The notes below the pieces were generated by a model. That model was not told where the DNA came from. It saw only the letters and a program-made list of their open reading frames with translations, and did no database searches. This document shows positions 29,143 through 37,905 of a stretch of DNA of 64,000 nucleotides, piece by piece. A program made the position numbers and the translations under genes. Origin of the DNA: an uncultured Methanosarcinales archaeon (lineage in GTDB: Archaea; Nanobdellota; Nanobdellia; Woesearchaeales; CAZYIM01). The stretch's first letter is position 1. Every line of letters starts with the position of its first letter. The DNA lies in assembly GCA_964647565.1 (NCBI GenBank), contig CAZYIM010000009.1:1-64000 (forward strand). Direction: 5' to 3'.

Positions 29143-30468
29143 ATGCCACTTGAAGACGACGTAAAAAAAACAAAGAAAAAACTGCATAGTCTCAGCTATA
29201 TTATCGATGAAACTCTTGGCATTGAACAGAAGATCGGCTGCTGCTGGCCAACAGACAGGGGCAACTTCGAGCGGACAGGTTTTGTAGATGCCAGCGTACC
29301 TAAAGAAGATTCAGATTTGGTGCAGTTAGTTTTAACTAATAGTGGCTTTGTAACTGCATTTAAGGTCGATAAGAAATCCGATAAATTATGGAGTAAAGAG
29401 CTGTTCCATTATAATGAAACTCGAGGAAAGTCGAGGGGGCCCTATAGCAATCTAGCTATTGGATATGATAGGATATATTGTGTCTTGGATGGATTTATGA
29501 TTGTTTTAAATTTCAAAGGAGATATTATCAATAAAAAAAAAGAATTTAAATTTAAAAATCGCATTGAAAAAAATTGTGATATTGTTTATAAGAACAACAG
29601 ACTTATTGTAAGTTCACAAAAAGGCTTATCCTGTTTTGACAGAGATGGAAATAGGGAGTGGGATTTTAAAGATCTGAATACAAAAATCACATTACCTACG
29701 ATTACAGATGATGCCATCTATTTTAACTCAGGAGATCCTAAAAAAAGAAATAAAGTTGTTAGTTATGTTGGGGCCATCGATTTGAATGGAAAAGAAAAAT
29801 GGAGATTTGATTTTGATAAAAGGTTCTTTGAAAAAAAAGGAGATTGGAATCCTGACATATTACTCAAATCTTCATCTTTGATTTTTAAAGACTACATAAT
29901 TTTCAGCTATAATAGTGGAATATTTACATTAGACAGAGAAGGGAATTTTATATGGGAATTTACTCCAAAGGATATACCTGCAATCTTAGGCCCTCCCACC
30001 AAACTAACTCTCAGGGGCAATACAGTCATAAGTTACCTGCCTGTAACCAATACTCTGTATTTTCTTAATGCAAAGACAGGAACTATATTGCATGATACTA
30101 TTAAAGACGCAGGCATACATTCGTATATTCCAATTCATTCTGGCAAAATTTATGTTAAAAATATTTATAACCATAATTCCTTGACTGAGTTTGAGATTAA
30201 AGATAAGCGGGTTGAGGAAAGATGGACAATAATTTCAGACAATGATGTTGGCCAGCCAATCATTAATGATAAGTATGTGATTTTTAATGCGGGGATGTCA
30301 ATCAAGGGAGACTTCATGATATTAGACAGAACAGATTTAGAAGGAGATTATAAAATCAATACATGGAGTAACCGGATCAGCATACCTAAAGATAAATATT
30401 CAGTATTAAAGTTTGTAAGACACAGTGATGTTGTACTTGTAAAGGCCAATAAAAAACTCTTGTACTAA
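29143..30468 (+). CDS. leader-tagged PQQ/BamB-like beta-propeller (member 19)
   Basis: MPLEDDVKKTKKKL; WPTDRGNFERTG and CFDRDGNREW motifs. Confidence 0.85.
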   Translation: MPLEDDVKKTKKKLHSLSYIIDETLGIEQKIGCCWPTDRGNFERTGFVDASVPKEDSDLVQLVLTNSGFVTAFKVDKKSDKLWSKELFHYNETRGKSRGPYSNLAIGYDRIYCVLDGFMIVLNFKGDIINKKKEFKFKNRIEKNCDIVYKNNRLIVSSQKGLSCFDRDGNREWDFKDLNTKITLPTITDDAIYFNSGDPKKRNKVVSYVGAIDLNGKEKWRFDFDKRFFEKKGDWNPDILLKSSSLIFKDYIIFSYNSGIFTLDREGNFIWEFTPKDIPAILGPPTKLTLRGNTVISYLPVTNTLYFLNAKTGTILHDTIKDAGIHSYIPIHSGKIYVKNIYNHNSLTEFEIKDKRVEERWTIISDNDVGQPIINDKYVIFNAGMSIKGDFMILDRTDLEGDYKINTWSNRISIPKDKYSVLKFVRHSDVVLVKANKKLLY

Positions 30469-30469
30469 A

Positions 30470-30502
30470 ATGCCGCTTGAAGAAGATATCAACAATCCAT
30501 AG
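30470..30502 (+). pseudogene. orphan leader stub MPLEEDINNP*
   Basis: ATGCCGCTTGAAGAAGATATCAACAATCCATAG begins after a 1-nt gap following the stop of member 19. Confidence 0.75.
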
Positions 30503-30540
30503 AAAAATTTATATCTTTCAAAGGTATTGATCAAAACGAG

Positions 30541-31098
30541 GTGGTCAAAATAGATAAAGAGGTTAGCATTGAAGAAGTCACTAATTACAGGCCTGGCACC
30601 AGGAACCTAATCATGTCAAGCCTAGAATCTGAAATCGAAAAGCATGAGAACTTATTTAGACAGCATGGTTGGCAGTGTAAGACAATTCGTGATCCCAAAA
30701 GTCCGACTGACTATGAACAGCTTGCAACTATTGTGAATGACGATGATGCAGAAGACACCATCTATCTTGTTTTGGTCAATGATGATGCTCATGCCTCAAG
30801 GATGAGAGATATCAGCACCCAAATGTATGAATATCTTGAAAAATTTGACTCTGTAAACCATTGGCACATATTTCATGAAGATGTCCGAGTGCCTCCTGGA
30901 AATGAAACAGTCAAACTTCACGGGGAATATACAGAAGCATACCAACCCCCTCCTTTAAACAAGAAAACTTACGAAAAGCCCGAGTTTAGAATAGTCAATG
31001 AGAATGATGAGGCCTGCAGGAACCGCCATAAGAGAATAATGAATAAGTTCAAGAATAGAGGAAACTCAAACGGTTTTGGTGCAGATATGCGCTTCTAA
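30541..31098 (+). CDS. hypothetical protein
   Basis: 185 aa ORF with an upstream GAAAAATTTATAT TATA-like element. Confidence 0.65.
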   Translation: MVKIDKEVSIEEVTNYRPGTRNLIMSSLESEIEKHENLFRQHGWQCKTIRDPKSPTDYEQLATIVNDDDAEDTIYLVLVNDDAHASRMRDISTQMYEYLEKFDSVNHWHIFHEDVRVPPGNETVKLHGEYTEAYQPPPLNKKTYEKPEFRIVNENDEACRNRHKRIMNKFKNRGNSNGFGADMRF

Positions 31099-31135
31099 TA
31101 AAAAGATTTAAAAACTTCCAACCAAATATCCCTTT

Positions 31136-31492
31136 ATGGTAAAAGAGGTTAAAGGTAATAAAGTTTCTAAACATCTGATAAAGAAAAATGCTCTTGAGAC
31201 AGACAGCTTGATAAAAAATATCCTTCAACTGGAGGGATTGAACTTCACAGAGTCTGATATCAAGAACATGAAGCTTGTCTCTGAAGAAAATTGCACCACT
31301 ATTTTCCTGGATTCAGAGCTTGAAGCACTTGATCTAAACCTGTCTGGAAAGCTATTGAAGCATTTCCATGAAAAATTGAACATGAAACCTGCTGAAGTCA
31401 GTGAATGGAGTGACAAGTTCAAAGTGCTTTATGATCTTTCTTTTGAGAAAGCATCTGTAGTATTGTTTGTTAGAAAACCCTTTATGAGTTGA
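31136..31492 (+). CDS. hypothetical protein
   Basis: 118 aa ORF with an upstream TATA-like element. Confidence 0.6.
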   Translation: MVKEVKGNKVSKHLIKKNALETDSLIKNILQLEGLNFTESDIKNMKLVSEENCTTIFLDSELEALDLNLSGKLLKHFHEKLNMKPAEVSEWSDKFKVLYDLSFEKASVVLFVRKPFMS

Positions 31493-31493
31493 A

Positions 31494-32174
31494 TTATTCC
31501 ATTAACTTTATCTCATTTCTTAAGTGTTCAACCAACTGATCAAGTCCATCAGAATTGACTTGTATTGGCCTACGGATATCAACTAAAACCTTGGATCTGA
31601 ATCTCTTGTGGTCTTCATATTCTACATCGATTGGTAAAAATGTGATTGGTTCATCTAAGGTTTTCTGGACCTCTAGCAACCGTTTCAGAGGGGCTCTGTT
31701 AATTGGCCCCAGTCTCTTGTAATATCGGGTGGTTTCAGGATATAAGGTAATAATATCTCTTTTGGACAGTATATACCCCATAATACCAGTAACATAATCT
31801 CGGGTTTTTTTTGCCATCAGTATCATTGCTTTTTTCTGCTCCCTACTTTCAGTTCCGTCGAGCTGTTTTAAGGCATCCTTTTTTCTTACTATCGGAACAC
31901 CCCCACAATATTCAAGGATCTTGGTAAGGCTGTCTTTCATTATGACATAACCATGATTACCATAAGCCTTGTTTAAAGTCAAACCAATCAGAGGAATATC
32001 CATCCAGCTTTGATGCTTAGGTAAGACAACAAGACCTTTGTTTTCTAAACCATCGAATCTGTAAGTATTCTTAAAAGAAATATCATAAAATGAATGCATA
32101 ACAATCTTAGCAGTCTTAGCAATTAAATAAGAAAAAAGTTTATTCTTCCTCAATCTATATTGAACGTCCACCAT
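31494..32174 (-). CDS. PlsC-like lysophospholipid acyltransferase
   Basis: HX4D motif KHQSWMDIP; LYPETTR block III motif. Confidence 0.8.
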   Translation of the reverse strand: MVDVQYRLRKNKLFSYLIAKTAKIVMHSFYDISFKNTYRFDGLENKGLVVLPKHQSWMDIPLIGLTLNKAYGNHGYVIMKDSLTKILEYCGGVPIVRKKDALKQLDGTESREQKKAMILMAKKTRDYVTGIMGYILSKRDIITLYPETTRYYKRLGPINRAPLKRLLEVQKTLDEPITFLPIDVEYEDHKRFRSKVLVDIRRPIQVNSDGLDQLVEHLRNEIKLME

Positions 32175-32206
32175 AAGAAAAAGGAAAGTGAGAAGAATAT
32201 AAAAAT

Positions 32207-32515
32207 TTATCCGGTTTCTTTATAAATCCAATCCTCAAAAGCTTTATTAGCCTCAACATCCAATTTCATGATGCAGGGCACATCATAAGGATGGATCTTC
32301 TCAACCTCTTGCTTGACCATTTCCCAGTTCTCTTTTCGAGTCTTGACAATGGTCACGATCTCATCTTCACAAGCAAGTTTGCCTTTCCACCAATAAGAGC
32401 TTTTCATAGGGAAAAAGTTGGCGCATGCAACAATTTTTTTCTTCAGAAGATGATCTGATACTCTCTTAGCTTCTTCCTCATTCGGATAGGTTATATAGAT
32501 AAGGATGAATGACAT
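32207..32515 (-). CDS. cutA: divalent-cation tolerance protein CutA
   Basis: ACAN...SSYWWKG...HPYDVPCI. Confidence 0.92.
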   Translation of the reverse strand: MSFILIYITYPNEEEAKRVSDHLLKKKIVACANFFPMKSSYWWKGKLACEDEIVTIVKTRKENWEMVKQEVEKIHPYDVPCIMKLDVEANKAFEDWIYKETG

Positions 32516-32557
32516 GGAAAAAGATACTGCTCTTCTGCTTAAAAATGTTTTTGTAAG

Positions 32558-33475
32558 CTATTGGATCTCAAACATTTCATAAGAATTTATTATACCTGAA
32601 TGACCCTTTCGCAAGGAATACACAATCTGTTTTAATTCTGCCATGTCTTTGACATGGACATTAAGGATAATATTGAAGTGCCCCAAACATCTGGAATATC
32701 TGATGATCTGTGGATGTTTACTGCAAGACTCAAGGAACTCTGTCATTTTGAGTGGATCTGGAGCCAAATTGAACAAACAAAGAATATTCTGATATCCAAG
32801 CACAGAAATGTTAATCTTAGGCGAACATCTAAGCAATATTTTCTCTGATTTTAGATAGTTATACTTATCTTTTATTGTATCATAGCTTTTCTTTAATTGC
32901 TGTGCAATCTGTAATAATGAGCTTAAGGGCTGCTTTTTCAATATTTCATATGTTTTTTGTTCTGCATCTTTTAGTTCAATCAATTTGCCGGCAGTATACT
33001 TTACAGCAGAGCCTGGCTTATCATACAAATAATCATGACAACCGATATAGCCTTCATGATCGACATAAAACCTGTATTCTTTTATGTGATGACCTGCAAC
33101 GGTAAATATTTTTCCCAATACTTGATTAAACGAGCATATGTCTTTTTCTATTATTACAACAAGAATGTCCCAGTGACCAGAAATCGAAGTCACCCAGGAA
33201 ACCGAATTCATTTTAGCAAGCTTGTTGATCAGTTCTCGCTCATCCGCATATACAAGATTTTGAAACCGCATCAAAAGGCCAAAAGACAATTTGCCAAGAA
33301 TCACCTGATTTGAAATATACTGAAAACCTGTTATTATTTTTCTTTTTTTCAACCGTTTAATCCTGTAGCTGACCAAAGTTTTATTTGTCCCGATCTTTCT
33401 GGCAATTTTTGAATGGCTTTGACGGCTGTCAATCTCCAGTTCCCTTAATATCTTCTTATCCAGCATATCTAGCAT
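32558..33475 (-). CDS. Lrp/AsnC-family regulator (duplicated architecture)
   Basis: LDMLDKKILRELEIDSRQSHSKIARKIG HTH; second HTH-RAM unit in the C-terminal half. Confidence 0.85.
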   Translation of the reverse strand: MLDMLDKKILRELEIDSRQSHSKIARKIGTNKTLVSYRIKRLKKRKIITGFQYISNQVILGKLSFGLLMRFQNLVYADERELINKLAKMNSVSWVTSISGHWDILVVIIEKDICSFNQVLGKIFTVAGHHIKEYRFYVDHEGYIGCHDYLYDKPGSAVKYTAGKLIELKDAEQKTYEILKKQPLSSLLQIAQQLKKSYDTIKDKYNYLKSEKILLRCSPKINISVLGYQNILCLFNLAPDPLKMTEFLESCSKHPQIIRYSRCLGHFNIILNVHVKDMAELKQIVYSLRKGHSGIINSYEMFEIQ

Positions 33476-33580
33476 AATATCCCATTATTCTTATTTTTAT
33501 ATAAATTTTTCTAATTTTGAAAGATAAATCAAGAGATATATCTATATAATATACTAAACGACCAATTATTAGGTGATAAA

Positions 33581-34552
33581 ATGAAAAAAATCAAATACGG
33601 AGTTATTGGATGTGGCGCACACTCCAGGATGTCACATGCCCTGCCTGGAAAAGAAATCCCTGATCTGGAGTTGACATCATTATATGATATCTCTTTACCC
33701 CAGATGCAATCATTTGAAAAGGAATATGGAACAACACTCAAGAAACACACGGACCTGAACAAATTCTTTAATAGTGAAATTGATGCTGTACTCATCGGCT
33801 CACCAGATGAATTTCATTTTAACCAACTTCAAACAGCATTGACAGCAGGCAAACACGTTTTTATTGAGAAACCTCTAGCCACCAATACAAATGAATTACA
33901 GCCCTTAATGGCCCTATTAGACTATTCAACAGATAACAACCTATTAGTCAGCAGCTGCCATCCAAGAAGACTTGATCCGCCTTTCATCTGGCTTAAAGAA
34001 AAGTTGACAGAACTAAATACCTCGTTGGGAAAAGTAATATCTTTCTCATTTGATTTCTCATATCACCAGCCAGTAAAGGCCTGGAAGCATGAAAGAGGTC
34101 TGGTTTTAGATCATGCCAATCACGAAATTGATCTGTTGCATTATCTGTTCGACTATAAGGATTTTGAAGCTAATCGATTAGTTGACAGCTATAACAGGTA
34201 TTGCATAACCGGAAACAGAACAGATGATATGAATTTTGTATTTTCTGGAACCCGGACCCTATCCTCAAAAAGATATCTTGAATTCAGTTCTCTAAGGTTT
34301 GAACGGGGATTGCTAAATATGGATTCAATCAACGGAATAGCCACACTTGTTGATCACGAAAACAATTCGACAAAAACCTACGGGATTCCAAAAACAGACT
34401 ATCAGTTAAGAGGTAAAAGAACACTTGAGAATTTTGTGAAAGCAATAAGAGGTGTTGAAGACTGCTATCTATCATCAAGAGATCTCTATATCAACACTGC
34501 AATGTCTGTTAATCTGAGCGAAAGAGCAAATTGGAAATGTTATTGGAGATGA
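33581..34552 (+). CDS. Gfo/Idh/MocA-family oxidoreductase
   Basis: YGVIGCG, GKHVFIEKP and DHANHEID motifs. Confidence 0.9.
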   Translation: MKKIKYGVIGCGAHSRMSHALPGKEIPDLELTSLYDISLPQMQSFEKEYGTTLKKHTDLNKFFNSEIDAVLIGSPDEFHFNQLQTALTAGKHVFIEKPLATNTNELQPLMALLDYSTDNNLLVSSCHPRRLDPPFIWLKEKLTELNTSLGKVISFSFDFSYHQPVKAWKHERGLVLDHANHEIDLLHYLFDYKDFEANRLVDSYNRYCITGNRTDDMNFVFSGTRTLSSKRYLEFSSLRFERGLLNMDSINGIATLVDHENNSTKTYGIPKTDYQLRGKRTLENFVKAIRGVEDCYLSSRDLYINTAMSVNLSERANWKCYWR

Positions 34553-34558
34553 AAAAAG

Positions 34559-34807
34559 ATGGAAGTAATTAAAAAGGGAACGAAACGATTAGTTGAGTGT
34601 CTGGAATGCGGGAGCGTCTTAAAGTATTATGCAGGTGATGTCTATAAGAGATACGAGCCTCATGTAATGTATGAGATGGAAGGCAGAGACAGATACTACA
34701 TTACATGCCCCTGCGGCACGGAGATGGATATTACATCAAAGATAAGTTCAAGAATGACAAAAAAAGTAGGTGAACTAAAAAAGCTGGATGACCTGGAATA
34801 TCTTTAA
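34559..34807 (+). CDS. small Zn-ribbon protein
   Basis: CLECG and CPCG Cys pairs. Confidence 0.65.
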   Translation: MEVIKKGTKRLVECLECGSVLKYYAGDVYKRYEPHVMYEMEGRDRYYITCPCGTEMDITSKISSRMTKKVGELKKLDDLEYL

Positions 34808-34873
34808 TTAGATTCACTTTTAAGTAGTTACAATAATAAACTTTATATACGCTAGAAATTTCCCCAATCACAT

Positions 34874-35317
34874 ATGGAAATAGCCACTAAAACCTTGATT
34901 GAAGCTGGTGCCACGTTGCTGGCCGGTTGCTGGGCATTTAAAGGAACCTATAGTTTTATAGATGTTTTTAAAGGCCAGCGTAAATTAAGAAAAGCAGTCT
35001 CTGACCTTGAAACCTATATCAGTGAAAACAGCGCAGAAGCTCTCAATAATGCAAAAAGCAGGATTCAAAAAGGCTATCACTCATTGACCTCCCACTGGCA
35101 TGTATTCCCACTGTCTCCAAGTGCAAAAAAACTTGACAATCTGGTTGAGGATCTAGATAACCAACCAAACAATGAGATTCAATACTCAATCATTCCCAAG
35201 ATCAATAATGTTAAAGACGCATATAGAGGTCCAGGCAACTGCCCTTATGTCAAAATGCTGATCCCACTCGGAGCCACAATATATTTCGGTATTCAAACCA
35301 TTAAAGCATTGATGTAA
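34874..35317 (+). CDS. hypothetical membrane protein
   Basis: hydrophobic N- and C-termini; paralog of the next gene. Confidence 0.7.
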   Translation: MEIATKTLIEAGATLLAGCWAFKGTYSFIDVFKGQRKLRKAVSDLETYISENSAEALNNAKSRIQKGYHSLTSHWHVFPLSPSAKKLDNLVEDLDNQPNNEIQYSIIPKINNVKDAYRGPGNCPYVKMLIPLGATIYFGIQTIKALM

Positions 35318-35318
35318 A

Positions 35319-35795
35319 ATGAAACCAATCCATAAAGCTCTAATAGGTACAGGAGTAACGATACTATTTGCCTATCTGACATATAAAGGTATCAGAGGAT
35401 TTATAGAAGTCATTGGAGGAACAGGCAATTTGGGCGATGGCATCTCTAATCTCGAACTTTATGTTTCAGAAGGCAGCAAAGAGGTGTTGGCAAATGCCAA
35501 AACCCTTGTCCAAAATGGATACAAAGCCTTAACCTCATATCCCCACATACTTCCTATAGGAACTCATGCATCAGAAATAGGGGATATTGTTCAAAATATT
35601 GACACTTATAATGCACAAGAGTTGACAGATACAATCATTCCTAAAATACAAGAAGTCAAAAATTCATATTCCGGCGTTGGCAACTGCCCTCACAAAATGA
35701 CCATTCCAACCATTCTAACAATTTTCAGCACATCGAAAACAACAAAACTCTGGAAAAATTATTCTAAAAATGCCCGAAGCACCTCTCAAGTGTAG
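35319..35795 (+). CDS. hypothetical membrane protein, tandem paralog of 34874
   Basis: shared S.LE.Y.SE.S.E.L.NAK...GY..LTS and IIPKI..VK..Y.G.GNCP blocks. Confidence 0.7.
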   Translation: MKPIHKALIGTGVTILFAYLTYKGIRGFIEVIGGTGNLGDGISNLELYVSEGSKEVLANAKTLVQNGYKALTSYPHILPIGTHASEIGDIVQNIDTYNAQELTDTIIPKIQEVKNSYSGVGNCPHKMTIPTILTIFSTSKTTKLWKNYSKNARSTSQV

Positions 35796-36990
35796 CAGGC
35801 ATTGCAATGCCATACTTATTAGCTGCCTTGATGACGCTTATATCTCTTTGTGATCCAAATGGCTGGGTTACAGCAGTAACACCCACTCTGGACAAACGTT
35901 CAATAGAGTCAGGAAATGGGAAAAACGCATCTGAAGCGCATACAGCTCCCTTGAATGGTTGGTCTTTAAGTTGTTCATATCCATTGATGCCATAAAAAGG
36001 GTCGTACGCAATACCTTCCCGGTCCATGGCCTTCTGCATGCCCTTTATGATAGCCTGTTCAACTGCGCCAACTCTTTCGACCTGACCAGAACCCATTGCT
36101 ACTGATACTCCATTTTTAACAAAGACTACGCCATTACTTCTTGCACCTGCAATATTCAAGCGCCATGCAGTCAATAAATCATCTAATTCCCAGCCTGTCG
36201 GTTTTTTTTCAACTTCATACCAGATATCATCTTTCTTGCTCTGCAACATAGGGTGTAGTATAAAATCATCAATATTCTTTATAGATGTAAGATAGATATC
36301 CTGGATTCCAATCCTTCCAGTCGGCATGTCCTTAACAGACAGCATGCCATGTGTATCATCACCAATAAACTTAGGCATAGCACCCATACCAAATATGTTA
36401 TAACTTGCGATGCGAAGATTTGCTGATTGGGCCTCAAGATATTCCAAAACACCCTTGCCAAAGGAGGGCGCTGCCACAACATCTACAAAGAAAACAGCTT
36501 TGCCCTTTAATTCATACATTGCTTTTGCAGTTTCCATATCAAGTTCATCTGTAAATACCGCTGTTCCTCCGAAGTTGCTCCTCCTGTCAGTATCCCTTGC
36601 CAATCTGAACAGGTCTGTCATGGTCTGTCCTTCTGTAACTTTCTTGGCAAATCCAGAGACAATGGTGTGTTTCATGATTGCAACCGCGTCATTATCAACA
36701 AAATATTTCAGAGTATCCATGGCACGGGTAATATCCATCATGTTATTGAGAGATAATCCACCTTTACCTTTACTGTCGCTGCGCACAGACTCTATCTCAG
36801 TCAGTTCTGCAATATGCTTTGCGTTCTCACCTCTTATACTGTCCAGAAAATACATGGCTGCGTGCTGGTTTGGATTCTCACCATATTTAAGGTCCCATTC
36901 CTTCTGCAGCTTGATGACCATCTCAGAAGGGAAGTCTCCTCCAGATCGTTGCCTGTACTTCTTCTTCATTCCAGAGATGTCAGTCCCCAT
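35764..36990 (-). CDS. purH: AICAR transformylase (PurH formyltransferase domain only)
   Basis: LKYGENPNQHAA, SNFGG, RSNG, GSGQVER and ASDAFFPF motifs; no N-terminal IMPCH domain. Confidence 0.85.
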   Translation of the reverse strand: MGTDISGMKKKYRQRSGGDFPSEMVIKLQKEWDLKYGENPNQHAAMYFLDSIRGENAKHIAELTEIESVRSDSKGKGGLSLNNMMDITRAMDTLKYFVDNDAVAIMKHTIVSGFAKKVTEGQTMTDLFRLARDTDRRSNFGGTAVFTDELDMETAKAMYELKGKAVFFVDVVAAPSFGKGVLEYLEAQSANLRIASYNIFGMGAMPKFIGDDTHGMLSVKDMPTGRIGIQDIYLTSIKNIDDFILHPMLQSKKDDIWYEVEKKPTGWELDDLLTAWRLNIAGARSNGVVFVKNGVSVAMGSGQVERVGAVEQAIIKGMQKAMDREGIAYDPFYGINGYEQLKDQPFKGAVCASDAFFPFPDSIERLSRVGVTAVTQPFGSQRDISVIKAANKYGIAMPATLERCFGHF

Positions 36991-36991
36991 C

Positions 36992-37831
36992 TTAGCTCCC
37001 TCTATCAATCCTATTTATTGTAACAGGTTCTTCAAGAGTTCCATCTTTTCTCATTAAAACTGTAGCTGTAGCAACTCTGTAGTTGTCTCCATGTTCCTGA
37101 CCACCAAAAACTGCCTTGTAGAAACTTTCTGCAATATCTTCAACATTATTAGATGATATCTTAAAGTCCATTGGATCATCTGAATAAGGTTGTAGCGGTG
37201 TTTCATTACCACCTTTATACGTTGCTATACCAAACGCAACTCCAGGCTCGAGATCTCGCGCCCATATAGCACTAGCATAACTCTTCATATACTCATCTCT
37301 CCAAACCATATGCAAAGATGCTTTACCTCCAAAAGTACATGCACTTATTCGAGGAGTGTAGTTAGGAGCATCAGGTTCATACTGAGTTATGTCTATCCAA
37401 CCAAACCTATTGCTATATTCAAATGCACTCTTAGAAAAGGCAGATTGAATAATGTTTGTAGGTGTAAGGTTATTCAGGGTATTTTCCCTCAGAATAACAG
37501 CTGAATAAAGAAGCTTGGTCTGTGCACCATTGCTTGCAATCAATACAGGTTCGCCTACATTTTCTGTTATCGGCACAACAGCAGGATACAACAGCAAAGC
37601 AGGGTCACCGCCCATCAACTGTTTAGCATCAGTAACATCAGTTATGATGGTGTTGCTTTTAGCATCTGGCACACCCTCTTCTTCAGGTATCCTAAGCTTC
37701 CTGGCCTGGCTTGAAGGGCTTCTGCCTGTCAGGGTATATGCCACAAAGGTGTCGCCCTCAGGAGTCATACCGACTGCGATGCCTCTTCCAGAATAAATCA
37801 TACTTTCTAACTCTCTCAAATCAGTTGTCAT
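36992..37831 (-). CDS. purO: IMP cyclohydrolase, PurO-like
   Basis: YSGRGI...AYTLTGRS, SNGAQT and YEPDAPNYTPRI motifs. Confidence 0.85.
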   Translation of the reverse strand: MTTDLRELESMIYSGRGIAVGMTPEGDTFVAYTLTGRSPSSQARKLRIPEEEGVPDAKSNTIITDVTDAKQLMGGDPALLLYPAVVPITENVGEPVLIASNGAQTKLLYSAVILRENTLNNLTPTNIIQSAFSKSAFEYSNRFGWIDITQYEPDAPNYTPRISACTFGGKASLHMVWRDEYMKSYASAIWARDLEPGVAFGIATYKGGNETPLQPYSDDPMDFKISSNNVEDIAESFYKAVFGGQEHGDNYRVATATVLMRKDGTLEEPVTINRIDRGS

Positions 37832-37905
37832 ATATACCACCTCAAAGCACAAAGAAATACTAAATAGTATAAATAATTAGTGTTAATAGAATATATAGAT
37901 TATGT

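Noticed and set aside
9859..30502. Array as a CRISPR, integron or DGR
   Set aside because: No fixed-length DNA repeats with spacers, no attC-like hairpins recognised, and no cas, integrase or reverse transcriptase gene in the window; the repeat is conserved mainly as peptide.
36410..37057. Long antisense or alternate-frame ORFs (e.g. 36410-37057, 53252-53779, 9919-10395, 42199-42639)
   Set aside because: They shadow better-supported genes on the opposite strand and have no recognisable motifs.
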